DNA of 64,000 bases from the human T2T-CHM13v2.0 reference genome, Homo sapiens (GCF_009914755.1 NC_060926.1); one strand, 5' to 3'; counted from the stretch's first letter, positions 34,110-59,824 are shown. Numbers and translations: made by a program. The notes: generated by a model from the letters alone, not told the origin.

Positions 34110-34505
34110 TGTGGACAGAATGTCTGTGTTCCCGCCAAATTCATGTGTTGGAACCCTAAACCCCAGTGAGACTCTATTTAGAGTAGGGAAGTAATGAAGG
34201 TTGAATGAGGCCATAAGGGTAGAACCCGATCTATAGGATAGGTGTCCTTAGAAGAAAAGAAACCAGAGCTCCCTTGCTCACTCCCACTGGCTCTGGGTTC
34301 CCCATTCCATGCTTAGAGGAAAGACTATGTGAAGACAAAGTGGCTGTCTTCAAGCCAGAAAGAGGGTGCTTACCAGAAAGCAAACCCCTGCCAAGAACCT
34401 TGATGTTGAACTTTCAGCCTCCAGAAGTGTGAGAAAATAAATTTCTGCTGTTTAAGCCAACTAGGCTGTGGTATTTTGTTATGGCAGCCTGAGCTGACTA
34501 GGACA
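34110..34505. mobile_element. MaLR LTR (MLT1A/MST-like)
   Basis: tgtggacagaatgtctgtgttcccgccaaattcatgtgttgg...gaaaataaatttctgctgtttaagcc...ggcagcctgagctgactaggaca. Confidence 0.8.
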
Positions 34506-34569
34506 GGAATCGTGTGCTATCATTAGATGGTAGCACAGAAAGATGGAAGAATTCTGTGATAAATCAAGG

Positions 34570-35222
<653 letters not shown>

Positions 35223-38200
35223 GATGGGCTGGGCACAGTGGCTCGTGCCTGTAATACCAGCACTTTAGAATGGTGAAGTGGGAAGGTTGCTTGAGCCCAG
35301 AAGTTCAAGACCAGCCTGGGCAACATAGTGAGAGCCCATCTTTACAAAAAAATTTTAAAAAATTAGCCAGATGTGGTGGTGCACACCTGTGGTCCCAGCT
35401 ACTTGGGAGGTTGAGGTGGGAGAATCCCTTGAGCCCAGGAGTTTGAAAGCAGCAGTAGGCCATGTTCATACCACTGCATTCCATCCTGGGAAACAGAGTG
35501 AGACCCCATTTCAAAAACAACGACAACAAAATAATGGATGCAAGACAGACATCAGTAAGATGGTAGACCAAGAATATCCTGGCCAGTATTCCCCATGGAA
35601 ACATTAAATAAACAACTGGAGACTGGTTAGAATACCTTTATGGAAGCTCTGGAAATCACTCAAGATTTATAGCAAACAAGATTTCATGATGTTTTGACTT
35701 GCCTATGCTCCATCCCCTCCCCAGCTGGTGCACTTTGGGGGAGGCAATGTCCTGGTTCCCAGCTTCTTTCCATAAGTCAGAGGGAGCAGAACCAATCAAG
35801 TACACCACATTCTAGGCTGTCCAGGGGCTGCCTGAGGGATTGGTCTCTGTAATTGTCTAACTTGGAGCTCAGACAGCCAAAAGTGACAATGCTCAGATCT
35901 CGAGCTGGAAGAACCTGTGGGAAGCAATGGTCATAGCTTCTGAAAACTGACCTGCAGACCCCTGAGGTAAGAAATTACTGATTAAGGAATACAATAGAAT
36001 ACCTAAGACCTTGAGAGGAAGCAGGGGGAGAATCTAAGGGGAAATTAAGACGTTTAAAGGTAGGTGGTACATGCCTGTAGTCCCAGCTACTCAGAAAGCT
36101 GAGGCAGGAGGACTGTCTGAGCCCAGGAGTTTGAGGCACTAGTGTGCTACGGTTACACCTATGAAAAGACCTGGGAACACCTTATGCCTTCATGCCTGGC
36201 TGATTAGTGGTCTGCATGAGACAAGTCTGCAAAGACTGGGAAAGGTGGCTGTTTTGTCAAATGCCCAATTTTTAACAAAGGATCACAAAGTGTACAAACA
36301 AATAGCAAAACATGGCTAATTCAAAGGACCAAAATAAATCTTCATAAACACAGACATCAACCTTATTGCACAAAGTCTTTAAAACAATTGCTTTATATAT
36401 GTTCAAAGAACTAATGGCAAACATGGACAAAGAACTAAAAGAAGGCAGGAAAATCATATATAAACAAAATAAGAATATCAACAAAGAGATAGAAATTATG
36501 TATACATAAAAAGAACCAAACAGAAATGCTGACACTGAAAAATACAATAACTGAATTGAAAATTTTACTGCCCGTATTCAATAACAGATTCGAAAAGGCA
36601 GAAAAAAATAATCAGAAACTTGAAGACAGGTCATTTGAAATTCTTGAGTCTGATGGGCAAGAAAGAAAAAAGAGTGCAGGAAAAAGTGATCAAAGCCTAT
36701 GAAACTTGTGGGACACCATCAGGTGGCCCAATACAATCACTATGAAAGTCACAGAAAAAAAGAGAGAAAAAGGGTCAGAGAGATTTTAAGAAATGATATG
36801 ACCCCAAATTTCCCATATTTGAGACATGAATATACACATTCAAGAAGTTTAATGAACTTCAACTGGATAAATCTAAAGAGACCCCCACCAAGATGTGTTA
36901 TAATCAAACTGTCAAAAAGCCAAAGACAAAGAAGGTATCTTCAGATCTCCAAGAGAAATGCAACTCATCAAGCACAAGCGGTCCTCAATAATATTACCAA
37001 CAAATTTCTCAGCAGAAACCATGCAGGCCAGAAGGCAATGGGATAATATGTTTAAAGTACTGGAAGAATAAAACCTGCCAGTGGAGAATTCTATATCTGG
37101 CAAAACCATCCTTCAAAGATGAGGGAAAAATTACAACATTTTTAGATAAGCAAAGTTGGGAGAAGTTATTATCACTAGACTTCCCTACAAAAATAGCTAA
37201 AGGGAATCCTTGAAGTTAAAATGAAAAAACACCAGATAGTAACTTAAAAGCTCTTTGAAAGTATATAGTTCTCTGGTAAAGGTAAATAAATGGGCAAATG
37301 TAAAACCAGTATTACTGCGATTTTATTTTAGAACTTCACATTTTATTGTTCTATGTAATTTAAGTACAAAAGCATAAGATATAATTATAAATATATGTTA
37401 ATGGGTACACAATATATAAAGATATAATCTGTGACATCAATAATGTAAAGTGGAGGGGGCATGGCTGTAAAGGAAGGGTTTTTGTTTGAAATTCAAGTGA
37501 AGTTATAGCAGTTCAAAATACATTGTTATAGCTTTGGGATATTATATGCAATCCTCATGGTAACCACAAAGGAAATACATATATAATATACACAAAAGAA
37601 AATAAGAAAGGAATCAAAACATCTCACAACAAAAAATCAACTAAACACAAAGAAAGGAAGTAATGGAGGAAATGATGTACAAAAATTCTTCAAGACATAC
37701 AGAAAATAAATAACAAAATACCAATAGTAAATTCTTCCCTGTGGGTAATTACTTTAAATGTGAATGAATTAAACTTCCCAATAATAAGACATAGATTGGC
37801 AGAATGGCTTTAAAAAACAGTGTTTCTATGTTACAGCATAAGAGACTCACTTTAGGGTTAAGGATACACATTGGTTAAACGTGAAAGGATAGAAAAGGAT
37901 ATTCCAAGCAAATAGTAATAAACAAAGCAGGGATGACTATGTTAATATCAGACAAAATCGATTTTAATGATAAAAGGGTGAATTCACCAGGAAGACATAA
38001 CAATTATAAACATATATGCACCACACATCAGAGTTCCTCATTATATGACGTATCAACTGAATTAAAGACAGAAATAGCTCTATGATAATAGTAGAAGACT
38101 TTAAAACCCAATTTTCAATAATGGATAGAACAACCAGACAGAAGATCAATAAGAAAATAGGGGATTCGAACAATGCTTTAGACAAGTTTGACCTAAAAGA

Positions 38201-38248
38201 TATATACAGAACATCTACCCAGCAACATCACAATACACAATTTTCTCA

Positions 38249-38395
<147 letters not shown>

Positions 38396-38547
38396 TTAGC
38401 CAGGTGTGGTGGTGGCAAATGCCTGTAGTCCCAGCTACCTAGAAGGCTAAAGAGGAAGAATTACTTAACCCCGGGAGGTCAAGGTTACAGCGAGCCATGA
38501 TCATGCCACTGCATTTCAGCCTGGGCAACAGAGCAAGATCCTTTCTC

Positions 38548-38561
38548 AAAAAAAAAGAAAT

Positions 38562-38593
<32 letters not shown>

Positions 38594-38881
38594 GAAGGCA
38601 GGAAAGAAGGAAGGAGGGAGGGAGGCAAAGAGGGAGGGAGGAAAGGAAGGAAGGAAAGGAGGGAGGGAGGGGGGGTAAGAGGAAAGGAAAGGAAAGAGAG
38701 CAAGAAAGAGAAGAAAGAAAGAAAAGAGAGAAAGAAAGAAACAAAGAAAGAAATAAAGGAAAAAAGAAAGAAAGGAAGGAAAGAAGGAAGGAAGGAAAGA
38801 AAGAAAGAGAGAGGAAGAAAGAGAGAGAGAGAAAGAAAGAAAGAAAAAAAAGAAAGAAAGAGAAAGAAAGACAGAAAGAAA
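38548..38881. repeat. GA-rich low-complexity expansion of an Alu tail
   Basis: About 330 nt of almost pure A/G sequence. Confidence 0.9.
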
Positions 38882-39132
38882 ATTATCCAGAAGAGATCAT
38901 ATGTTAGGGCACAAAATAAGTCTTAATACATTTTAGAAGATTAAAATTATGCATAGTGTCTTTTCTGATCACATTGGAATGAAACTAGAAACCAATAGCA
39001 GGAGGAAAATTTGAAAATCCACAAATATGTGGAAATTAAACAACACACTCTTAAACAACCAATGGGTCAAAGAAGAAATCACAAGGGAAAATAGAAAATA
39101 TCTTTAGACAAATTAAAATGAAAACAGGTTTC

Positions 39133-39247
39133 TGCTTTTTTGGAGGGCAGTGATCTAATCTGCAGACACCATATCCCCTCTTCCACTTCCTGCTGCAGCC
39201 AATAAAGGCCGTTGCTACCATAAAAAAAAACAAAACAAAACAACAAC
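39133..39247 (+). pseudogene. Short 5'-truncated retrocopy (3' end of an unidentified polyadenylated RNA)
   Basis: About 90 nt of non-L1 sequence, with AATAAA at 39201-39206 and a poly(A)/CAA tail from 39222. Flanked by the direct repeat aacaggtttc (39123-39132 and 39248-39257). Confidence 0.7.
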
Positions 39248-39252
39248 AACAG

Positions 39253-39371
39253 GTTTCCTCTTTCACCAAGGACCCACCAAGATGAGTCATGTTCACACCA
39301 AAGCCGTGAATAAGGTGGCCTGGGTCATCACAGAAAAGCACTACATGAGCCTGGGCAACAACTTCCACATG

Positions 39372-39406
<35 letters not shown>

Positions 39407-39773
39407 AGATTGCTATTATCTCCAGTAGGAAGTCCTGCAACAAGATAGCAGGCTATGTCACACATCTGATGCAGAGGATTCAGAGGGTCCCAGTAAGAAA
39501 TATCTCCATCACATTTTAGGAGGAGGAGAGAAAAAGGAGAGATAATTCTGTTCCTGAGGTCTCAGTCCTGGATTAGGAGGTCACTGAAGTAAATTCTCAC
39601 ACTGGGGAAATGCTAAAGCTTTTGGACATTGGCAGTCTATCCAACCTGCAGGTCACTCAGCCTGAAGTTGGGATGAATTTTAAAATGCCACGTGGAACTG
39701 TTTTGACTCTTTCTGCAATGTTATAATATTTTCAGTAAGCCTGAGACAACAGCAAAAAATAAAAAATAAAAAC
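39253..39773 (+). pseudogene. RPS17P7: Processed pseudogene of ribosomal protein S17 (eS17); probably RPS17P7, pseudogene number not verifiable here
   Basis: It starts with the RPS17 5'-TOP leader gtttcctctttcaccaaggacccaccaagATG (ATG at 39282). It translates [31 protein letters not shown]...[60 protein letters not shown]...[32 protein letters not shown], colinear with RPS17. It is intronless, with two TAG stops, a (GT)15 frameshift and an A-rich tail at ~39754-39773. Confidence 0.95.
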
Positions 39774-40220
39774 ACAAACTAATACTTATGGGATGCAGTA
39801 TAAAGAGCGCTAAGATAATTCATAGCTGTAAACACGTTAAAAAAGAAGAAAGATTTGAAATCAACAACCTAATGTTACGCCTTAAGGAACTAGAAAAATA
39901 TCCCAAACCTAGCAGAAGGATAGAAAGGATAACGATTAAAGCAAAGATAAATAAAATAGAGAATAGAAAAACAATACAGAAAATCAACAAAACCAAGAGC
40001 TGGCTCTTTGAAAAGATCAACAAAATTGAAAACAAACCTTTAACTAAGTAGACTTAAGAAAAAAAGAGAAATGTAAAATAACTAATATCAGAATGAAAGA
40101 AGGGCCATTCAACTTTACAGAAAAAAAATTATAAGAGAGTACTAGAGGGCTAGGCACCGTGGCTCACCCCTATAATCCCAGCAGTTTGAGAAGCTGAGGG
40201 GGTTGGATCATTTGAGGTCA

Positions 40221-40475
<255 letters not shown>

Positions 40476-41655
40476 TTACATAACCCAGATGAAGTGGACA
40501 AACTCATAGAAACACACAACATACCAAGAGTTGATGAAGACACAGAAACTCTGAAAAGACCTATCAGTAGGAGGGAGATTGGATTCAGAACCAAAAACCC
40601 CTCAACAAAGAAAAGCCTAGGACCAGATAGCTTCACTGGTGAATTCTACCAGACATTTAAAGAAGAACTAACACCACTTCTTCTCAAACTCTTACAAAAA
40701 ATTGAAGAGAAAGGAACATTTTCAAACTCATTCTGTAAGGCCAACATTACCATGACATCAAAGACACTGCAAGAAAATAAAACTTCAGACAAATATTGCT
40801 TATCAATATTGATCCAAAATTCCTCAACAAAATTCTGGTACACCAAATTCAACAGCATATTAAAGGAACACTATGACTAAATGGGATTTACTTCTGGAAT
40901 AAAAAACTCCAAGGATGGTTTAACATATGAAAATGGATTAATGTAATACAACATAGTAACAGAATGAGAAAAAAAATGACCATTTCAATTGATGCAGAAA
41001 AACCACGTGACAAAATTCAATAACCTTTCATGACAAAAACAATCAACAAACTAGAAATAGAAGAAAAGTACCTCAACATATTAAAAGCCAGATATGAAAA
41101 ATCCAAAGCTAACTTAACCTGAATGGCCAAAGACTGAAAGCTTTTCTTCTAAGATCAGAAAGAAGACAAAGATGCCTGGTTTCACCACTTCTGTTGGACA
41201 TAGTACTGGAAGAGTCCTAACCAGAGAAACTGGGCAAGAAAAAGAAGTAAAAGGCATAAAAATTGGAAAGGAAGAAGGGAAATTATCTCTGTTTGCAGAC
41301 AATATAATCTTACATGTAGAAAACCCTAAAGATTACACACATACACAAACTACTAAATGCATTCAACAAAGTAGCAGGATACAGAATCAACAGGCAAAAA
41401 TCAGTTAATTTCTATACACTAACAATGAACAATACAAAAATGAAATTAAGCGAACAATTCCATTTATAACAGTATCACAAAGAATAAAATCCTTAGGGAT
41501 CAACTTAACCAAGGAGGCAAAGAACTTATACTGAAAACTACGAAATGTTGCTGAAGGAAATTAAAGAAGACACAAATAAGTGGAATGACATTCCATGTTC
41601 ATGGACTGGAAGTCTTAACACCGTTCAGATGCCAATGTTACTTAAAAGTGATCTA

Positions 41656-41994
<339 letters not shown>

Positions 41995-42539
41995 CTATCT
42001 CAAAAAAAAAAAAAAAAAAAATTCATATGGAATCTCATGAGACTCTGAATATTCAAAATAATATTGAAAAAGAACAAATTTGGAGGTGTCACATTCCCTG
42101 AGTTCAAAACTTCCTACAAAGGTACAGTAATCAAAACAGCGTGGTACTGACATAAACATATACACATAGAACAATACAATAGAATAAAGAGCCCACAAAT
42201 CAGCCCTGAATACATGGCCAAATAATTTCAGACAAGGATGCCAAGACCATTTAATAGGGGAAGGGCAGTACTTTAAACAAATGGTGTTGGGAAAACTGGA
42301 TATCCAAAAGCAAAAGAATTATGTTGGGTCCTTATCCTACACCATGTGCAAAAATTAACTCAAAATGAATAGAAGACCTAAATGTTAGAGCTAAAACTAT
42401 AAAACTCTTCTAAAAAATATAGGAGGAACACTTTATGACATTGAATTTGGCAATGACTTCTTAGTAATGATACCAAAAGCACAGGCAACAAAAGGAAAAA
42501 TACACAAATGGGACTACATAAAAATTTAAAACTTTAGCA

Positions 42540-43560
<1,021 letters not shown>

Positions 43561-43825
43561 AATATAGCCAGGCGAGGTGGCTCACACCTGTAATCCTAGC
43601 ACTTTGAGAGGCCAAGGTGGGTAGATCACCTGAGGTCAGGAGTTTGAGATCAGCCTGGCCAAGACAGTGAAATCCCATCTCTACTAAAAACACAAAAATT
43701 AGCCAGGCATGGTGGTGGGCACCTGTAATCCCAGCTACTGGAGAGGCTGAGGCAGGAGAACCACTTGAACCCAGGAGGTGGAGATTGCAGTGAGTCTGAG
43801 ATTGTGCCACTGCACTCTGTCCTAG

Positions 43826-44409
<584 letters not shown>

Positions 44410-44848
44410 TGATGACTTTAAGATGCATTTGATTGTGTAAAGCAAAAATCATGGCATTGCGTATGGGGTTTACAGCATATGTCAAGGTAATACATATGAC
44501 AATTACTAAAGGATGGGGAGAGTACATGTATCTACATAAGCACAGCCAAGGTTTCTGCATTTTACATGGTGTGGACAATATTACTGATATTTATTTCCAG
44601 TGTAATTCCACTGTGGTCAGAGGACATGCCCTGCATGATATCAGTCCTTCTAAAAAACTTATGCAGATTTGTGGCTGGGAGCGGTGGCTCATGCCTATAA
44701 TCGCAGCACTTTGGCAGGCCAAGGCAGGCGGATAATTTGAGGTCAGGAGTTCAAGACCAGCCCGACCAACATGGTGAAACCCTGTCTCTACTAAGAATAC
44801 AAAAAAAAAAAAAATAGCTGGGCGTGGTGGCACATGCCTGTAATCTCA

Positions 44849-44959
<111 letters not shown>

Positions 44960-46051
44960 TCAAAAAAGAAACAATTATTCAGATTTGTTTTATGGCCTGG
45001 AATCTAGTTTATTTCAGTGTAAACATGTACCCCGTTTTCCACCTGATATCAAGAACATGGTAAGGATGTCTGCTTTCCCTAAGCATTGTGCTAGAGGCCC
45101 TAGCCAGTGCAAGAAGGCAAGAAAAACGTGGGGAAAAAGGCAGGCCAGGTGAGGTGGCTCAGCCCTAAAATCTCACCACTTTGGGAGGGTGAGGAGGATG
45201 GATTGTTTGAGCCCAGCAGTTCAAGACCAGCCTGGGTAACATGGCGAAACCCTGTCTCTACAAAAAGTACAAAAATTAGCGGGGCCTGCTAATGTTCACC
45301 TGTATTCCCAGCTATTCTGGAGGCTGAGATGGAAGGATTGCTTGAGCCTGGGAAGTCAAGGCTTCAGTGTGCCACTGCACTCCAGCCTGGGTGACAGAGC
45401 AAGAAGAAAAAAAAAAAAGAGACACAGACCAGAAGAATTAAAATTGTCTCTATTCTTAAGAACTCTGCAAAATAATTACAAGAATTTAAAAGATAATTTA
45501 GAAAGGTCACACAGTACAATTTAGTGTGCAAATAATTAAAGATTTAAGTTAAAATAATTTCCCTTTATACCATCATACCATCAAAAAGTATACAAGTCTT
45601 GGAGGCAAATTTTTTTTTTTTTTTTAGTTGGAGTCTTGCTTTGTCACCTAGGTATCACAATCAAGTCTCACTGAAGCCTCAAATTCCTGAGCTTAAATGA
45701 TCCTCCCGACTCAGCCTCCCAAGTAGCTGGGACTACAGGCACGTGCCACCACACCTTGCTAATTTTTAAATTTTTCATACAGATGGGGGTCTCACTATGT
45801 TGCCTAGGCTGATCTCAAACTCCTGGGCTCAGATAATCCTTTCGCCTCAGTCTCCTAAAGTGTTGAGATTACAAGTGTGAGCCACCACCCCGGCCCCTCT
45901 GATAATTTTTGACAACCAAAAATACCACACATCTCCAAGCTACCACCAGCAAAGAACCACTGAGAATCTTTTATGTCTTAAAGCTTTGGGATTGACATAG
46001 CCAGAACTCGGGAGCAGACTTGACTCTACAGGTCGCTGAATCACAGTGTAG

Positions 46052-46393
<342 letters not shown>

Positions 46394-46916
46394 TAATAAG
46401 GCACAGATAGACAAAAAGCAGGGCCTCAGGTGTTGGGGGAGGACTGCCTAGGAGGAGGATTCAGGGACACAAAGGATCCCGTACTCTTGAGCCGTCTCCA
46501 TCTCCCTGCCCTGCCAGTGGAGATACTCACTCCCCCATAGGAGGAGGCTGCTCCAGCCTTGTCTGAAGGCCCTTGCACAGGTGTGACAATCCTCCTTACG
46601 CCCATCCTTTCCTGACCTTGGAGTGTCCTCCAAATCCTAGCATACTTTAGGACAATACTTACAAAGAAAACCTGGGGGGACAAGCTTACACACAGAAGTG
46701 ATAGTAAGATTTTGGTATTTTATATCAGGAACAAAAAGCACTCGGGGAGTCTATGTGGGGGTGGATTCTGAGAGTGAGAGATGAAGTCGGCAGGAACAAA
46801 ATTTCAGACCTGTATCTGTTTTGAAAATAAGTGTACTTACTTCAGATCTTGGAATTCCCAAAACTCTTAACTATACTTCCTGAATCTGCTCCCCTGACAG
46901 CCCTCCCCATCTCTGT

Positions 46917-48104
<1,188 letters not shown>

Positions 48105-48160
48105 AATTGCCTAATCCAGCCTTTTAAGATCTCAGGCCAAAAATGTTGGAATCAACCTCA

Positions 48161-48481
<321 letters not shown>

Positions 48482-48559
48482 CTACAGCCTGGGTGACAGA
48501 ATGAGACCCTCTCGAAAAAAAAAAAAGAAGAACAAAGAAAAGAAAAAAAAAGCCTGTGG

Positions 48560-52400
<3,841 letters not shown>

Positions 52401-52405
52401 GATTA

Positions 52406-52549
<144 letters not shown>

Positions 52550-52639
52550 TTAGCAACTAAGTTAAAAAAATGTAAAATAATAACTTAGGTTAGATCACTC
52601 CCTAATTCTACTCAGGGTAAATAGGCAGAATTCAATGTG

Positions 52640-53870
<1,231 letters not shown>

Positions 53871-54675
53871 ATGCACAGAAACATGTTTATATATTTTCTT
53901 TCATATATGCACATATATAAAATAAAATTGGGGGAGCTGGGTGCAGTGGCTCACACCTGTAATCCCAGGATTTTGCGAGGTTGAGGTGGGCAGATTGCTT
54001 GAGCCCAGGAGTTCAAGACCAGCCTGGGCAACGTAGTGAAACCCCGTCTCCACTAAAAATACAAAGATTAGTCGGTTATGGTGACACCTGCCTGTAGTCC
54101 TAGTTATTCCGGAGGCTGAAGTGGGAGGATTACTTGAGTCTGGGAGGCGGAGGCTGCAGTGAGTCAAGGTTGCACCACTGCACTCCAGCCTGGGCAACAG
54201 AGCAAGACCCTGTGTCAAAAAAATAAAATTGGGTTTATATTATATATATACTTTTGCAAATGGCTTTTGTCTCTTAATACGTCATAAGCATTGATTACCA
54301 TTTCGATAGTTTAGTTTTAAAAAATGAAACTTTTGTGTGTTTGTGCGTGCAATGGGGCATACTTGGGCTCTACAGTGAGGTCAGACCCTTCAAAACAGGA
54401 GAGTTCTCCTTTAGGAACTGGACTTTCATTTCCTTTTGGTGGGAACACAGCAACTATTTCAGTAAATGCCATCTCTTTCCTCAATAACACTGTAAACTCT
54501 TTGAGAGCAAGATTTATGCCTCCTATTCCTTTTTATTCTTCTTGGGAATTAATTCAGTGCTGAGCTCCCTTGATAAAGCTGTGGTATGTTGGTGGTGAGA
54601 AAAATGTCCTGTGGCCACTCCAGGTGCTAATCCTCTCGTTTCTGGCCCAGAATGGCCTGACCTTAAGAACCCTGT

Positions 54676-55368
<693 letters not shown>

Positions 55369-55379
55369 TCTGTTGGGGT

Positions 55380-56157
<778 letters not shown>

Positions 56158-56480
56158 GGCCAGGTACAGTGGGTCGTGCCTGTAACTCCAACACTTCGGG
56201 AGGCTGAGGTGGGCGGATTGCTTGAAGTCAGGAGTTCAATACTGGCCTAACCAACATGGCGAAACCTCATCTCTACTAAAAATAGAAAAAATTAGCCAGG
56301 CATGGTGGCACACGCCTATAGTCCCAGCTACTTGGGAGGCTGAGGTGGGAGAATCACCCGAGCCCAGGAGGTCAAGGCTGCAGTTAGCCAAGATCGTGCC
56401 ACTGTGCTCCAGCCTGGGTGACAGAGTGAGACTCCATCTCCAAAAACAAACAAACAAAAAATGCCAGGCATGGTGGCTCA

Positions 56481-56891
<411 letters not shown>

Positions 56892-56964
56892 CTACCTTTC
56901 TACTTTCCACTTAATATTAACTGTCAGTAATCCCCATGTCTTGAAGAATTTTTTGGACATACAC

Positions 56965-58066
56965 TTTTTTTCTTCAAATTTTATTTTAAGTTCAGGGGTA
57001 CGTGTGCAGGATGTGCAGGTTTGTTGCGTAGGTAAACATGTGCCATGGTGTTTGCTGCACAGATCATCCCATCACCTAGGTATTAAGCCCCTCATGCATT
57101 AGCTATTCTTCCTGATGTTCTCCCTCCCTCATCCCCTCTGGCAGGCCCCAGTGTGTGTTGTTCTCCCCCATGTGTCCATGTGTTCTCATATTTGAGCTCC
57201 CACTTATAAGTGAGAATATGCAGTGTTTGGTTTTCTGTTCCTGTGTTAGACTGCTGGGGATAATGGCTTCCAGCTCCATCCATGTGCCTGAAAAGGACAT
57301 GATCTTGTTCCTTTTTATGTCTCCTTAGTATTTCATGGTGTATATGTACCACATTTTATTTATTCAGTCTACCATTGATGGGCATTTAGGTTGATTCCAT
57401 GTCTTTGCTATGGTGAAGAGTGCTGCAATGAACATATGTGTGTATGTATCTTTATAATAGAATAATCTATATTCCTTTGGGTATATACCCAGCAATGGGA
57501 TTTCTGGGTCAAATGGTATTTCTGCCTCTAGATCTTTGAGGAATTGCCACACTGTCTTTCATAATGGTTGAGCTAATTTACACTCCCACCAACAGTGTAA
57601 AAGCATTCCTTTTTCTCTACAACCTCGCCAGCATCTGTTGTTTTTTGACTTTTTATTAATAATATTCACCATTCTGGCTGGTGTGAGATGGTATCTCATT
57701 GTGGTTTTGATTTGTATTTCTCTAATGATGAGTGATGTTGAGCTTTTTTTCATGTTTGTTGTCTGCATGAATGTCTTCTTTTGAGAAGCATCTGTTTATG
57801 TCCTTTGCCCACTTTTTAATGGGGTCCTTTGTTTTTTTTTTTCTTGTAAATTTGTTAAAGCTCCTTGTAGACTCTGGATATTAGGCCTTTATCAGATGGA
57901 TAAATTGCAAAACTTTTCCCTAATTCTGGTAGGTTGTTTGTTCATTCTGATGATAGTTTCTTAAGCTGTGCAGAAGCTCCTTAGTTTAATTAGATCCCAT
58001 TTTTCAATGTTTGCTTTTGCTGCAATTGCTTTTGGTGTTTTCTTCGTGAAATCTTTGCCTGTGCCT
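56965..58066 (-). mobile_element. 5'-truncated L1PA/L1PB element (3' UTR and ORF2 C-terminus)
   Basis: Minus-strand peptides MWQFLKDLEAEIPFDPEIPLLGIYPKEY and [16 protein letters not shown]. Poly-T at the left end. Candidate TSD ggacatacacttt at 56955 and 58068. Confidence 0.92.
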
Positions 58067-59824
58067 AGGACATACACTTTTAACTGGCTGGATGGTCTTC
58101 CACCAAAAGGCTAAGCCATCATTTGTTGAGATGTTTTCTCTTCAGTTGGATGCTTTAGTGGTCTTGTCTCTCCGTGGCTCAGAGTTCCCTATTACAGATG
58201 ATGGTATCCCCTCCAGCTAGTTTACATATGTATTTAGAGACAGGGTCTCGTCCTATTGCCCAGGCTGGAGTGCGATGGTGTAATCTCAGTTCATTTTAAC
58301 TTCCGCCTCGTGGGCTCAGGTGATCCTTACACCTCAGCTTCCCGGAGTATCTAGGACTATAGGCATACAGGCATGTGCCACCATGCCTGGTTAATTTTTT
58401 ATTTTATTTTATTTTTTGGTAGAGATGAGGTTTTGTCATGTTTCCCAGGCTGGTCTCACACCCCTGAGTTCAAGTGATCTGCCAGCCTCCACCTCCCAAA
58501 GTGCTGGGATTACAGGTGTGAGCCACCGTGCCCAGCCCCCCTCCAGCTAGTTTAAGCAGAATGGGACTTCTTAAGACATTTAGGTAGTGGACATCATCAT
58601 TGGGAGGGCCAGGGTGCCAGGGGTGGGTGCCACCCAACCAGGAACAACAAGAGACAGGGAAAATTCCTTTCCAAATCTTGGCGGCTGCCACTTGCAGCTT
58701 GGTAGCTTTGAGACTGAGGACAAGCTAGAACCTGCAACTGAGATGCCCCACAAGAACCAAATGTCACCACCACTGTGTCCATCCTTAACAAAAGCTGCTT
58801 CTCATCTTGTGAGGTGCATCTATCTCCCTGGCAGAACCTAGCCATACACGAAGCCCTAGCATTGAGGGAGAGGGAGCTGGGTCCCACCATAGAGGCAGGC
58901 ATGATGGGGGGATGGCCCTCAGACTCAACCTCTCCCCACTGCAACCTGACATTTCGAGAGTAGCCACCACCCCATGTGCACCTGCCTCTCTGAGTGTGTC
59001 TCTCTTGCGTCCTCTTTCCTATACTTTTGGAAAACGTCTCACAGAGAATATGGGACCTCAGACTTGGCTGGAAAAGCAGGACCCTGTGTGATTAGTGCTA
59101 ATTTGGATAGCATCAAGACCATTTCAAATCCCTTTGGCTTTTGTTAGGAGGCAAAACCAGGCAGAGAGGAGCCAAGGAGGAGCAGGTGGCGAAGGAGACA
59201 GAGCCCGTTAATGCTCGGGCCAGAGGGGCAATGCCCAGCCCTTCCCCACCGCCATGTGCAGAAAGTGTCCCACAAAAGCTGACAGTATCCTGTATGTGGA
59301 GTCGTCCCCTCAGACACAGGCCTGTTAGGACACTGGGCAGTCTCACGCAGGGTGGCTTTCCTTGGATGGGAGTCCACAGAGGTACTCTCAAGGCTCTGTA
59401 AATTCTCTGCAGGAATTTTACATTTGGGGGTTTTCATGTCTGTGATTGTCTAAAGAATCAATAGGAGACTCACCTAAATTATGGAGACTCACCTAAATAA
59501 CCACCTTATAACTTGGGATTCTCACACAATTTTAGTCTTTAAATTATGAAACATTTGATAATGCAAAAGAAAACATAGAACATAAATGATAGTTATGGGC
59601 TGTAACAATAAAACACACACCTGTGAACCCACCCCCAAATTACAAAGCAGAACATCATCTGGTCATTGAAACTGAGGACATGCTCCCCCGGTCTCAGTCC
59701 CGTCTCTCCCGAACAGGCAGTTACTCTCCCGAATTTGTTTCCTAACCACTCATTTTGTAGAGTTTTACCACACATGTGTGTCTCTAAGAAAATACATGGT
59801 TTTGTTTTGGTTATTTTGATCTTA

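Noticed and set aside
36065-36170. 7SL-like sequence as a possible ncRNA gene
   Set aside because: A truncated, diverged FAM/Alu-monomer fragment within L1, not a functional SRP RNA.
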